This document shows positions 27,571 to 37,295 of a DNA stretch of 64,000 bases, one piece after another. A program made the translations under genes and the position numbers. The notes beneath the pieces were generated by a model. The model saw only the letters and a program-made list of their open reading frames with translations. It ran no database searches and was not told the origin of the DNA. Source of the stretch: an uncultured Chloroflexia bacterium (GTDB lineage: Bacteria; Chloroflexota; Limnocylindria; Limnocylindrales; CSP1-4); assembly GCA_963768655.1 (NCBI GenBank), contig CAVYIM010000004.1, positions 1-64,000 of the forward strand. The letters are read 5' to 3'. Every line of letters begins with the position of its first letter. Within the stretch, counting starts at the first letter, position 1.

Positions 27571-28347
27571 CTAACCGTGCTTGCGGCGTGCCAGCAGCCC
27601 GATTCCAAGGGCCAGGGCCGCCCCGATCGCGAGCGCTCCCCGCCAGTCCACGACGGTTCGGACGTCGCCCTCGACTCTGCGCGCGAGCACTATGAAAGCG
27701 CCGGACTGCTTCTCGAGCGTCACGTGTCCGGCCACGATCGTCTGGGCGCCGCCCTGCCTGATGTGGACTTCGCGAGCGAGGACCGATCTGGCGTAGCTCT
27801 GTTTGAGCTCCATGTCGCCGGCCACCGCAAGGCCCGCTACGCCGAGCTCGATCGAGACGCGTTCGCCGTGGGCGACGCCGATGGCGCCCAGACGAACCGC
27901 GATGTCGTCGGCATGAGCCCGGCCAATGCCGCCCATTTCGACGGTGATGTCCTCGGCGGAGGCAGCTCCGATCCCGCCCTGGCGGACGTTGACCGAGTCG
28001 GCCTCGACCTCTGCCGCGCTCGCCCGCGTCAGGTTTGCCGTGGTCGCCTGGATCGGTGCCGGGGCCGGCGGCGGGCCGGCGACTGGAGCAGCCGAGCCAG
28101 CCGGCGGTGCGGCGACCTTCGGCGCGGCGGTTCGGAGGGCGGCGGCCCTGGAGGCAGGCTTGGAAGCCGGCGTGGACGCCTTCGGCGCGCTGATCTTCGG
28201 CGCGCCGACCTTTGGCGCGGCCGGCGTGGGGGCAGGTTTGGAGGCCGGATTCGACGCCGCCTCGGCCGGTTGGGCCGAGGCGCTCCGCCTGGGCCGCGGC
28301 GCCGGTTTCGGCTTGTCGGCGGGTTTGTCGCTCGGCTGATCGTTCAT
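27571..28347 (-). CDS. Hypothetical protein: Pro/Ala/Lys-rich N-terminus, repetitive beta-rich core, C-terminal TM helix
   Basis: GAGGA RBS; repeats of A..I.V..GGIG; C-terminal hydrophobic helix followed by RRK. Confidence 0.7.
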   Translation of the reverse strand: MNDQPSDKPADKPKPAPRPRRSASAQPAEAASNPASKPAPTPAAPKVGAPKISAPKASTPASKPASRAAALRTAAPKVAAPPAGSAAPVAGPPPAPAPIQATTANLTRASAAEVEADSVNVRQGGIGAASAEDITVEMGGIGRAHADDIAVRLGAIGVAHGERVSIELGVAGLAVAGDMELKQSYARSVLAREVHIRQGGAQTIVAGHVTLEKQSGAFIVLARRVEGDVRTVVDWRGALAIGAALALGIGLLARRKHG

Positions 28348-28498
28348 CGCAATCCTCTTGCGCGCGCCGGTCGCAGTTCCGCCCGATCGGGCTTCCGTTG
28401 CCGGCTCAGCCTACAGCGAGTCGCCCTGACCCGCGAGAAGCATTCGGTGCTGCGATTCGGGTCCCGATCCTTGTCGGCGCCCAGTGGCGCCGCCACCG

Positions 28499-31400
28499 TC
28501 AGCGGTAGTAGCCCAGGATATCGACGACGACCTGCGTGGTCGATCCGCGGCTGCCGCCGAACGTCACGGCCAGGCTGCCGCCTGGCCCCAGAACGCAGAC
28601 GAACCCGTTCGCCCGGTTGTCGCCGACAGGGAAGTTGAGGGTCGATGTGGCATTGGCCGGCCCCGGCGCGGCCGAGAGCCAGCCTTTCGAGGTCTGGCCG
28701 GTGACGGTGAGGTTGCCCACGACCGCGACGGCGATTGGATGCACGGACACCTGTCCGCTCACTGCGAAGGAGGCTGTGCCTCCCGTCTTGAGAGGACCCT
28801 TGAAGCCCAGCGCAGTGCGGCTATCGACGACACGGCCGGGGCTCAGAGGCACGAACGTCGCCCCGGAGAGCCCCGGCACGAAATAGCCGGTCACATCGAA
28901 GATGAACTGAACCGTCGTCTTCTTCTTGCCGACATACTCGACCTGCAGCTGCCCGTTGTGGAGTGGGACCGTAACGTTGTTGGCCCGGTCGTCCCGGAGA
29001 GGGAAGTTGATGGTGGAGGAGCTCGGTGCCACGCCGGAAGCGATGGTCGGCGCGACGGTTACGTAGCCGGCGCCCGTTTGCCCGGTTACGGTCGCGTTAC
29101 CCGTCACGGCTATGGCGGTCGATGGGACGCCGGCCAGCCCGGCCACGCCGAAAGTGGCCACCTTGCCGGTTGCGAGCGGAACGGCGATCCCCTGCTTGAT
29201 CCGGGTATCGACGATCCGGGTCGGAGTCGTTGGGAAGAACGTCGCTCCTTTGGGACCTGCCACGAAGTAGCCCGTCAGGTCGAAGACCAGCTGAACGGTG
29301 CCCTTCCCGGTCGAACTGGAGTAGATGCCGCTCAGGCTGCCGTCGGCGGCCAACCCCAGAGTCACGCCGTTGGCCCGGTCGTCACCCCGCTTGAAGTTGA
29401 TCGTCGAGGAGTTGCCGCTGATCGAGGAGCCGAGCCTCACGAAGCCGGCAACCGTGGCCTGCGTCACGGTGAGGTTGCCGGTGATCGCCATCGCATTCGC
29501 CGGCACGCCCGGGACCACACCGGCGATGGGCAGCTCCCTGGCCTTGCCCGAGGTGAACGCCCCGGTGAGGCCGAGGCCGATGCGTGTGTCGAGGATGCGG
29601 ACCGGCGCCAGCGGATAGTAGGTACCGCTCGGTGTGGTATCGATGACCACGCCCAGCTGGCCCATCTGCCAGCTTCCGAACGGCGCCGCCGACGGCGCGT
29701 AGTAGGTCGTGCCGCCCACGGTTCCCGATATCTGGATCATGTACTTGCCGTCGGGCAGCGTCGTGGAGCCGTCCACCGCGCCGTTCCAGGTGCAGGACTG
29801 AGGCCCGGCGGCGCGGGCTCCCAGATCGATGGTCCCGGCGACCGTCTCGTCCTGGCGGTAGATCGTCAGGACCACCTGGTCGAAGGCCTTCGTGTCGGTC
29901 CAGGACAGTGGCAGCGTGTCCTGGATGCCGTCACCGTTGGGCGAGAAGACCTTGCCACGGTCGATGCCTGTGCCCGAAGGTGTCAGCCCCGGGACGCCGA
30001 CGGAGTAGTTGGCGATCCCGGCCGCGACGGCAGTGGTATTGGGCGGAGTGATGGGCGCGAGGTAGCTGGTGGAGCCGTTCGAGGCCTCGACCCACGGGCC
30101 CGGGAACAGGGGCACCACCGCGTTGACGGCGGCATATGGGCCCGTGATCTGATACCAGGTGCTGCCGTCGCTCGCCGTGGCCGGCCCGCCGATGATCTTC
30201 AAGACCGTGCCCTGGGTCGCGGTGGTCAGCACAGTAGAGGTGGGCGAGGCCGTCTCCATCTCGCTCACGGACGCGGCGACGACAGCGACGAAGCCGTTGA
30301 TGGCGAACGACGGCGAGGCCGTGTAGGTCGACGTGACGTCCCACGGGCCGACGTTGCCGACGCCGTCGGTGGCCCTGACCCGGAACGAGTAGTTGTGGCC
30401 TGACGAGCCCTGGAAGTCGTCGCTCGTTTCAGTGATGCCGGTCAGCCAATTGGCGAACGGGCCTCCGTCGGTGGAGACCTGGACGTCGTAGCTGGCGATG
30501 CCGTTCCAGTCGTCCTGGCCGGTCCAGCTGACCGGGAAGCCCTCGCTGGTCTCCGTCGCGGGCAGGTTCACGATGCCGACCTTGGGCGGGGTCTTGTCGT
30601 CCAGGAACTTGGCTGCGACCACATCGGCCAGTTCCGGATGGCCGGCGTCGTAGCCGAGCGCCCATATGCCGGCGCCGCGCAGATTCCAGTAGTTGATCAT
30701 GTCGTACTTCGCGCCCAGAGATTGGGCGTCGTCGTAGTAGAGCTCACGCCAGACCTGGACGGGCACAGTGGGGCAGGTGAGCTGGTAAGAGGTCCAGGCC
30801 GATTGCTCGATCGAGTCGTAGTTGCGGCCGTTGGTCGCCGCCAGCGAGGCCGCCTGGGCATAGAGGACCGACGTGGGCGCAATGCATGATTTGGCGACGA
30901 CCGTTCCGTTCGGTGAATTCGTCGTCGTGGTCCAGGCAATGCCGTAGTAGGGCAGGCCGAGGATGATCTTCGACGCCGACGTCCGTTTCTCCCATGTCTT
31001 CACGACGCTGGTGAGGTCATAGACCGGCTTGGGGCTCGTGAGGGGGTCGGTCGAGCCGGCGTAGCTCGAGCTGCTCGTTCGGAAGTCGTAACCCATGATG
31101 AAGACGGCGTCGGCCGCGCCCGCCGCGGTGAGGCCGGCCACGTCGTAGTAGCCGGTTGCGCCGGTCGCGCAGAAGGTCAGCTCGTAGCCGGGATGGATCT
31201 TGTCGAGTTCGGCGCGGAGGGTCCGCACGAAGAGCGTGTAGTCGCCTTCCTGCGTGGACGCGATCGGCTCGAAGTCCAAGTTGACACCGTCGGCCCCGCG
31301 CTGACTGACGGCCGCGGCGATCTGCTGAGCGGCATTCAGCCGGTTGGCCGCGCTCGACAGGAGCTGGACTTGCTCGTTCGCCTCCGAGGTCGACCAGGCG

Positions 31401-32149
31401 AATTCCTCGATCGTGAGCGCGACGCGTGTCCCGTGGGCATGGGCGGCGTTGATGACGTTCGTCATCCACGAGCTGGTCCAGCCGGCCCAGCCGATGGTCG
31501 TGTTCCCACCCGAGTCTTTCTGGAGGTTGCCGTTGCCGTCGACGCTGACGCCGAAGTAGGCGACGGTGGAGAGGATGTCGTAGTTGAGCGTCGGCCCCGC
31601 GACCGACTCCCAGTACGGCAGAAAGCCGTACACCTCGCGGCGCAGCACGTTGGTCGCGGGCGTTGCCCGGCCCTGGGCCGGAGAGGCCGACGAGGCGGAG
31701 GCGCTGCCGCTCGACGCGGTCGACGAGGCCGCGGCCACGTCATCGGCAGCCCGGACTGAGCCCTGTGGGCTCGCCGCCATCGATCGGCCCGAAGCGGTCC
31801 CGGCCGGCAGAGCCACGGGCGTGGCGCCGTCGACTTCGGTCGTGTCGCCCACGCGGGGCCGATACGGGACCGTCACGGCGTCGCCCGGGACGAACGTGTC
31901 GGGGTCGTTCTGGTGCGCGAGGGCATCCTGGTACTGGATCGAGGTCGTGGCCACATCCACGACTCCGGAACCGGCATCGGAAGCGCCGACCGTCGGATCC
32001 GCGGCGGCCGCAGGCTGAGCCCCCGGCCAGCCGCACAGGGTCGACGCCGCCCCGAGCGCGACTGCCAGCGCCACCGGGACGAATTTCCCGGACCGCCCCC
32101 CGGCCTTGTCACAATTCGTCGTCCGGTACGGTGCCGAGTGATTGATCAT
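28499..32149 (-). CDS. Secreted GH18-family hydrolase with Fn3/FlgD-Ig-like modules and three C-terminal PxRxxDTR domains
   Basis: VYGFLPYW, DGVNLDFE, FIMGYDF, ILGLPYYG, GAGIWALGYD; YSFRVRATD (Fn3-like); FSPNGDG...LPDGKY (FlgD-Ig-like); three ~120-aa terminal repeats. Confidence 0.85.
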   Translation of the reverse strand: MINHSAPYRTTNCDKAGGRSGKFVPVALAVALGAASTLCGWPGAQPAAAADPTVGASDAGSGVVDVATTSIQYQDALAHQNDPDTFVPGDAVTVPYRPRVGDTTEVDGATPVALPAGTASGRSMAASPQGSVRAADDVAAASSTASSGSASASSASPAQGRATPATNVLRREVYGFLPYWESVAGPTLNYDILSTVAYFGVSVDGNGNLQKDSGGNTTIGWAGWTSSWMTNVINAAHAHGTRVALTIEEFAWSTSEANEQVQLLSSAANRLNAAQQIAAAVSQRGADGVNLDFEPIASTQEGDYTLFVRTLRAELDKIHPGYELTFCATGATGYYDVAGLTAAGAADAVFIMGYDFRTSSSSYAGSTDPLTSPKPVYDLTSVVKTWEKRTSASKIILGLPYYGIAWTTTTNSPNGTVVAKSCIAPTSVLYAQAASLAATNGRNYDSIEQSAWTSYQLTCPTVPVQVWRELYYDDAQSLGAKYDMINYWNLRGAGIWALGYDAGHPELADVVAAKFLDDKTPPKVGIVNLPATETSEGFPVSWTGQDDWNGIASYDVQVSTDGGPFANWLTGITETSDDFQGSSGHNYSFRVRATDGVGNVGPWDVTSTYTASPSFAINGFVAVVAASVSEMETASPTSTVLTTATQGTVLKIIGGPATASDGSTWYQITGPYAAVNAVVPLFPGPWVEASNGSTSYLAPITPPNTTAVAAGIANYSVGVPGLTPSGTGIDRGKVFSPNGDGIQDTLPLSWTDTKAFDQVVLTIYRQDETVAGTIDLGARAAGPQSCTWNGAVDGSTTLPDGKYMIQISGTVGGTTYYAPSAAPFGSWQMGQLGVVIDTTPSGTYYPLAPVRILDTRIGLGLTGAFTSGKARELPIAGVVPGVPANAMAITGNLTVTQATVAGFVRLGSSISGNSSTINFKRGDDRANGVTLGLAADGSLSGIYSSSTGKGTVQLVFDLTGYFVAGPKGATFFPTTPTRIVDTRIKQGIAVPLATGKVATFGVAGLAGVPSTAIAVTGNATVTGQTGAGYVTVAPTIASGVAPSSSTINFPLRDDRANNVTVPLHNGQLQVEYVGKKKTTVQFIFDVTGYFVPGLSGATFVPLSPGRVVDSRTALGFKGPLKTGGTASFAVSGQVSVHPIAVAVVGNLTVTGQTSKGWLSAAPGPANATSTLNFPVGDNRANGFVCVLGPGGSLAVTFGGSRGSTTQVVVDILGYYR

Positions 32150-32270
32150 CCCGACCTCATGCGATGCCAGGCGCAATGGTACTGTCGAGGTGGTTGCCTT
32201 GCGGTGAGATGGCCCAGATACATCGCACTCCGGCGCTCGAGCGGCCCGCGAATCGCGTCACTCGCGACCG

Positions 32271-34310
32271 TTATGCGGCGCCCTTGTAGTAGCCCGTGAC
32301 GTCGAGCAGCAACTGCGCGGTACGTCCGGCTGGAGCCCCGTACATGACGTCGAGCTTGCCGTTCGACGCCAGCGGAACCGTGGCCCCGTTGGCACGGTCG
32401 TCACTGACGGGGAAGTTCAGGTTGGAGAACTTCGTCGACGCGTTGATGACTGGCCCGATCGCGGCGAACCCGCCGGCCGTCTGCTCCGTGACCGTCAGAT
32501 TGGCGGTGATCGCCACTGTGCCGCTCGGAACGACGCCGGGCCCGGTGACCTGCAACGATTTGGCAGTGTTGGCGGAGAACGGTCCGGCCAGGCCTATGCC
32601 GGAGCGCGAGTCCAGGACTCGGACGGGCTGCATCGTATTCAGAAGGTACCCGCCGGAGGCGGTGAAGTAGCCCGATATGTCCAACACCAGGTTCACTGTC
32701 GCTCCACCGGTGCTGCTTACGTATACGGCCGAAAGGGTCCCGTCGGAGTTCAGCTTCACGACGACGTCGTTGGCCCTGACGTCTCCTTTCGGGAAGTTGA
32801 TCGTCGACGAAGTCGGTGTGTCAGTCTTATCCGGCCCGAGCGCCACGAAACCGGTTGCGGTCGGGCTCACCACGGTGAGGTTTCCCGTTACGGCGACGAT
32901 CCCGGATTTGGGCAGTCCCGCCACGCCGGCGATCTGGATGACTCGGTGCTTGCCGGCCACGAACGGTCCGGTCAGGCCCGGGACGCCCGAGCCCGAGCGA
33001 GTGTCCATGACTCGATCCGGACCGAACGGGACGTAACCGTCACCGGCCGTGCCGGCGAGGAAGTAACCGGTGACGTCGATGATCAGGTTGGTGTCGGCGC
33101 CCGATGCGGCTCCGTACCAGGCCCCGACGGTGCCCTGGGGCGAGAGGGCGACGGTCACGCCGTTGGCCCGGTTGTCTCCCTTGGGGAAGTTGATCGTCGA
33201 GGACGCCGGGGCGGAGTCGACCGTCGGTCCGAGGTAGATCCAGCCGCCGGCCGATTGATTGGTGACGGTCACGTTGGCCGTGATGGCGATCGCCGCCGCG
33301 GGAACGGGCGTCACGGTGCCCACTTTCTGGCCGGCGATCTGGTAGGTGTATGGGACCCGCCCATACAACGTCCCGCGCGGTCCAACCCCGCTCGGTCGCG
33401 TATCGACCAGGCGGAAGGGGGAGATCGGGTAGTAGGAGCCGCTCCGGCCGACGAACGCCGTGGTGTGGCCGCTGATGACATCGTCCGTCTTCATGGACGG
33501 GATCGAAACCATCGAGCGGTAGTAGACCTCGTGGCCACCGGCGGATGGGTTGGGGACGTCGGGGTCGACCTGCGACGTGTATCCGGAGTCGTACGAGCTG
33601 TTCCAGGCGATGACGTTGTCGTGGAACGAGGGCGAGCTCTTCCACATCTGGTCGACCGTCATGTGGCCATTGAAGACCGTGTCGATGTAGTAGCCGATGT
33701 CATCGATCCCTTCGGCGATGACTGCTCTGGCACCGGCCCGAATGAAGCCCGAGCCATATCCGTCCACGCGCGTCTGGGCGACGGCCAGCGTTGGATTGGC
33801 GACGCCGCCCTCGCTGTTGCCGGAGGCATAGCAAAGGTGATTCAGGATCACCAGGGCATCCGGCGCCAGCTGCAGCTGGGCCATGTATGCCTCGCCGTAG
33901 TAATAGGTCGTCGAGTCGCTCGAACCGGCGACGGCGTTGAGGCCCATACCGTTGTCCTTGAGCGGCTGCTCGTAGGGCAGGTATGGATCCGGGTAGCCGT
34001 TGCCGTGACCCATGTAGACGAGGATGTTCGCGCCCTTTGCCGCGGCCTTGACGGCACTCCACGTCGCGTTGGGCGAGTACACCTTGACGATGTTGACAGC
34101 TCGCCCCGCCGCATCCGCAGCCTCCTGGAATTCGGTAGCCGACTGGTCGGCGTCGGCGCGGTACCTGGCGGTCTCGCTCTGGGTCTGGCCGACGACGATG
34201 ACGACCTTGGTTACGTATGCAGAAGAAGCGGCGACCTTGGCGGGGTTCGCGACCAGGCCGGTGCCGGCAACGAGGAGGCCGACCGCGAGCGCAAGGGTGA
34301 GCTTTCGCAT
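32271..34310 (-). CDS. Secreted protein with an uncharacterised catalytic-looking N-domain and three C-terminal PxRxxDTR domains
   Basis: Signal peptide MRKLTLALAVGLLVAG after AAGGGAG; YMGHGNG...NHLCYASG (possible His/Cys dyad); same terminal repeats as its neighbour. Confidence 0.75.
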   Translation of the reverse strand: MRKLTLALAVGLLVAGTGLVANPAKVAASSAYVTKVVIVVGQTQSETARYRADADQSATEFQEAADAAGRAVNIVKVYSPNATWSAVKAAAKGANILVYMGHGNGYPDPYLPYEQPLKDNGMGLNAVAGSSDSTTYYYGEAYMAQLQLAPDALVILNHLCYASGNSEGGVANPTLAVAQTRVDGYGSGFIRAGARAVIAEGIDDIGYYIDTVFNGHMTVDQMWKSSPSFHDNVIAWNSSYDSGYTSQVDPDVPNPSAGGHEVYYRSMVSIPSMKTDDVISGHTTAFVGRSGSYYPISPFRLVDTRPSGVGPRGTLYGRVPYTYQIAGQKVGTVTPVPAAAIAITANVTVTNQSAGGWIYLGPTVDSAPASSTINFPKGDNRANGVTVALSPQGTVGAWYGAASGADTNLIIDVTGYFLAGTAGDGYVPFGPDRVMDTRSGSGVPGLTGPFVAGKHRVIQIAGVAGLPKSGIVAVTGNLTVVSPTATGFVALGPDKTDTPTSSTINFPKGDVRANDVVVKLNSDGTLSAVYVSSTGGATVNLVLDISGYFTASGGYLLNTMQPVRVLDSRSGIGLAGPFSANTAKSLQVTGPGVVPSGTVAITANLTVTEQTAGGFAAIGPVINASTKFSNLNFPVSDDRANGATVPLASNGKLDVMYGAPAGRTAQLLLDVTGYYKGAA

Positions 34311-34634
34311 TGCGCTGTCTCCCTTGGGGCCCACCTCGGGGTATCGAGGACTCCGACCCGTCGGGACGGGTTCGTTGGGCCGAATAGTGGTTGTGCGCCA
34401 AGACTGTGACGCGGTGGTGGCGGCGACAATCGTGCCTTGGTCCCAGTGCGGTGGGGGTCCCATTGGCCAGGCTGTGGTGAGCGGCCCGACGGGATCAGGC
34501 CACCCTGGCAATGACCCAGGCGGGTCATGATAGGCACACCGGTCCCGATCCGTCACTCATCGAGTGCCTTATCAAGAACTTAATGGAGGGCCACGTCGAT
34601 CGGCGGAGGGCGACGGCGACGCGCCGCAGCGGCC

Positions 34635-35219
34635 TCAGGCGCCGCGCAGACGTTCGACCAGTTCGCGGAGCGTTGGATTGGAGCGGTCCCGGTCCGACAG
34701 AATGGGACGACCGTCGGGAGTCCCCGGAACCGACGGCCAGGGAACTCCGACGGCCGGATCGTCCCACGCGAACCCGAGCTCGTCGCTGCCGTCGTACTCG
34801 TTCGTGACGAAGTAGAGCAGCGATAGCGGCTCCACGGCCAGGAAGCCGTGGGCGACTCCGGCGGGGATCGTGACGGTGCTGCCTTCGCCCAGCTCCCTCG
34901 TCTCGACGATGGCGTGAGCAGCGTGGTCGGCGAGAACGGGCCGGACGTCGACGAGGGCGACGAGGGCGCGGCCGCCGACGACGGTCCAGTAGTCGAGCTG
35001 GCGGCGGTGGTAGTGGAGTCCGCGCAGCACGCCCGGGGCGGAGGTCGAGAGATTGGCCTGGACGAAGCGCGCGTCCGGCATGCCGGCGGCCCCCGGGCCG
35101 ATCTCGCCGAAGGTCGAGGCGCGCCACAACTCGGCGAACGAACCGCGCCGGTCGCCGATCCTGTTGAGCCTTCCGTATCGAACCCCGGCCAGGCGAGACG
35201 CGGCTTCCTCTGGACTCAT
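34635..35219 (-). CDS. rfbC: dTDP-4-dehydrorhamnose 3,5-epimerase
   Basis: DRRGSFAE, FVQANLSTS, GVLRGLHYH, IPAGVAHGF, WDDPAVGVPW. Confidence 0.9.
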   Translation of the reverse strand: MSPEEAASRLAGVRYGRLNRIGDRRGSFAELWRASTFGEIGPGAAGMPDARFVQANLSTSAPGVLRGLHYHRRQLDYWTVVGGRALVALVDVRPVLADHAAHAIVETRELGEGSTVTIPAGVAHGFLAVEPLSLLYFVTNEYDGSDELGFAWDDPAVGVPWPSVPGTPDGRPILSDRDRSNPTLRELVERLRGA

Positions 35220-35221
35220 CG

Positions 35222-36181
35222 TTACCGCTCCTGAGTGCGTGTCTGGATTGTCGCGTACTCCGCCAGGGCCGCACGCCAGTCCCGCAGCGGGCCGCCGGGG
35301 AGTGGCGTCGGATCCAGCACGCCCCAAGGGGGCGGCGTCGAAGGCCGCGGCCACGTGCTCATGGGCACGTCCCGGGTCGGCACGGTCACTCGGGCGAGGC
35401 GCAGCACCTCGCGCGCCCACTCGGCCCGCGACGCGTGCCCGCCGTTGACCACGTGGTGGATTCCGCCAACGGCGCTCCAGCCTTGAACGCCGGCCAGTTC
35501 GACCAGGCTCACGATCGCCGCCGCCAGGTCCGCCGCGTAGGTCGGGCAGCCGAACTCGTCCGAGACCAGGTCGAGCGTCTTGCTCTCCGACCGCGCTCGA
35601 TCGGCGGCGGCCAGGATCCTCTGCGGGAAATCCGCCCCCGGCCGCCCGAAGAGCCACGAGGTCCGCACGATCGCCAGATGCGGAACGGCCTCCGGCCGAC
35701 GCCCGGGCGGCATGAGCGCCGCGGCTGCAAATCCGCCACCGGTCGCCTCGAATGCCGCTCGGGCAAGTTGCTCGCCCGCCAGTTTCGCGGCGCCGTACGC
35801 ATTGAGTGGGCGGGGCCGATCCGCTGCGCCGTAGGCCCGGCCGTCGGTTCGCAGCCCGTCGAAGACCTCGTTGGTAGATATCGCGATCATCGCTGCCCCG
35901 ATGGCGGCGCAGGCCTGTGCAATCTCGCCGGCCGCTGTTCCGTTGCGGCGCATAGCCAGCTGAGGATCGTGCGCGCAGCCGTCGACGTCCGTCCAGGCCG
36001 CGGCGTGGACGACGACGTCCGGGCGATGGCGGCTGACCAGTCGCACGGCCGACTCGGGGTCGTCCAGGTCGTGTTCCGGGAGATCCCAGGTCAGCACCTC
36101 ACTGGCCATGCGGGCCCCGGAAAGAGCGGCCACCAGGGCCGTCCCGAGCCGGCCGCCGGCGCCCGTCACCGCGACTCGCAT
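35222..36181 (-). CDS. rfbD: dTDP-4-dehydrorhamnose reductase
   Basis: VTGAGGRLG, HAAAWTDVDGC, ISTNEVFDG, YGAAKLAGE, DEFGCPTY. Confidence 0.88.
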   Translation of the reverse strand: MRVAVTGAGGRLGTALVAALSGARMASEVLTWDLPEHDLDDPESAVRLVSRHRPDVVVHAAAWTDVDGCAHDPQLAMRRNGTAAGEIAQACAAIGAAMIAISTNEVFDGLRTDGRAYGAADRPRPLNAYGAAKLAGEQLARAAFEATGGGFAAAALMPPGRRPEAVPHLAIVRTSWLFGRPGADFPQRILAAADRARSESKTLDLVSDEFGCPTYAADLAAAIVSLVELAGVQGWSAVGGIHHVVNGGHASRAEWAREVLRLARVTVPTRDVPMSTWPRPSTPPPWGVLDPTPLPGGPLRDWRAALAEYATIQTRTQER

Positions 36182-36203
36182 CGAAGCCGTCCCCTCGGCG
36201 CTG

Positions 36204-37295
36204 TCACCCGGCATCCCGAGAACCGGCCAGCCTGGCGGCGTACTGGCGGCGGTAGTAGTCCTCCCAATCTCCCGACTTGATTGCCCGCCACCAGGCTTCG
36301 TTCTGGAGGTACCACTGGACGGTGGAGGCCAGGCCATCCTCGAACGGAACCCGGTTCTTCCAGCCCAGCGCCGCGAGCCTGGATCCGTCCATGGCGTAGC
36401 GACGGTCATGGCCCGCTCGATCCTCGACCTGTCGGACGAGCGACCAGGGCTTGCCGAGCAGCTCGAGCAGCCTGGCCACCACCTCGCGGTTGGTCTTTTC
36501 GTTGCCGCCGGGAATGTTGTATGTCTCGCCGGCCAGGCCGTGCTCCAGGACATGGCCGACGGCCCCGGCGTGGTCGCCGACGTAGAGCCAGTCGCGGCGC
36601 TGAAGGCCGTCGCCGTAGAGCGGCAGCTGCCGATCGTCGATGGCGTTGGTGATGAACAGCGGGATCAGTTTCTCGGGGTGATGGTACGGGCCGTATGTGT
36701 TCGAGCCGCGGGTCACGACTGCGTCCAGGCCGTAGGTGACGAAGTACGAACGGACCAGCAGCTCGCCGGCCGCCTTGGCCGCGGAGTAGGGCGAGCTTGG
36801 ATCGAGGCGGTCGTCCTCACGGCTCTGGCCGGATTCCACGGAACCGTAGACCTCGTCCGTGGAAACCTGGAGGAAGCGTGGAGCGGCTGAGCGCGCGCCC
36901 TTTGTGGCGCGCTCCTGTTCCATGCGGCAGGCTTCGAGCAGGACGTGGACTCCCAGGACGTCCGTCCGCAGGAAGGCTTCCGGGTCGAGAATGGAGCGGT
37001 CGACGTGAGACTCGGCGGCGAAGTTCACGATCGCATCTGCCCCGGCCACCAGCGGCCCCGCGACCTCCGGGTCGGCGATGTCGCCCTGGACGAACCGAAG
37101 CCTGGCGGCCTGCTCCGGGTCCGATTCGACAGGGGCGAGATTGGCGCGGTTGCCGGCGTAGGTCAGCTTGTCCAGAACGTCGATCTGCGTGCCGTCGCGG
37201 CGGGCGAGTCGGTCGCGGACGAAGCATGAGCCGATGAAGCCGGCCCCGCCGGTGACCAGGAGCCTGGGGTAGCGCGGCGTCCGGGGCTCGGTCAC
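36204..37295 (-). CDS. rfbB: dTDP-glucose 4,6-dehydratase
   Basis: VTGGAGFIGS, DKLTYAGN, FAAESHVDRSI, STDEVYG, SPYSAAKA, GHDRRYA. Confidence 0.95.
   Translation of the reverse strand: MTEPRTPRYPRLLVTGGAGFIGSCFVRDRLARRDGTQIDVLDKLTYAGNRANLAPVESDPEQAARLRFVQGDIADPEVAGPLVAGADAIVNFAAESHVDRSILDPEAFLRTDVLGVHVLLEACRMEQERATKGARSAAPRFLQVSTDEVYGSVESGQSREDDRLDPSSPYSAAKAAGELLVRSYFVTYGLDAVVTRGSNTYGPYHHPEKLIPLFITNAIDDRQLPLYGDGLQRRDWLYVGDHAGAVGHVLEHGLAGETYNIPGGNEKTNREVVARLLELLGKPWSLVRQVEDRAGHDRRYAMDGSRLAALGWKNRVPFEDGLASTVQWYLQNEAWWRAIKSGDWEDYYRRQYAARLAGSRDAG

Noticed and set aside
34311-34420. c-di-AMP (ydaO) riboswitch upstream of the secreted protein
   Set aside because: Only CGAACCCGTC resembles the consensus; the other conserved segments are missing.
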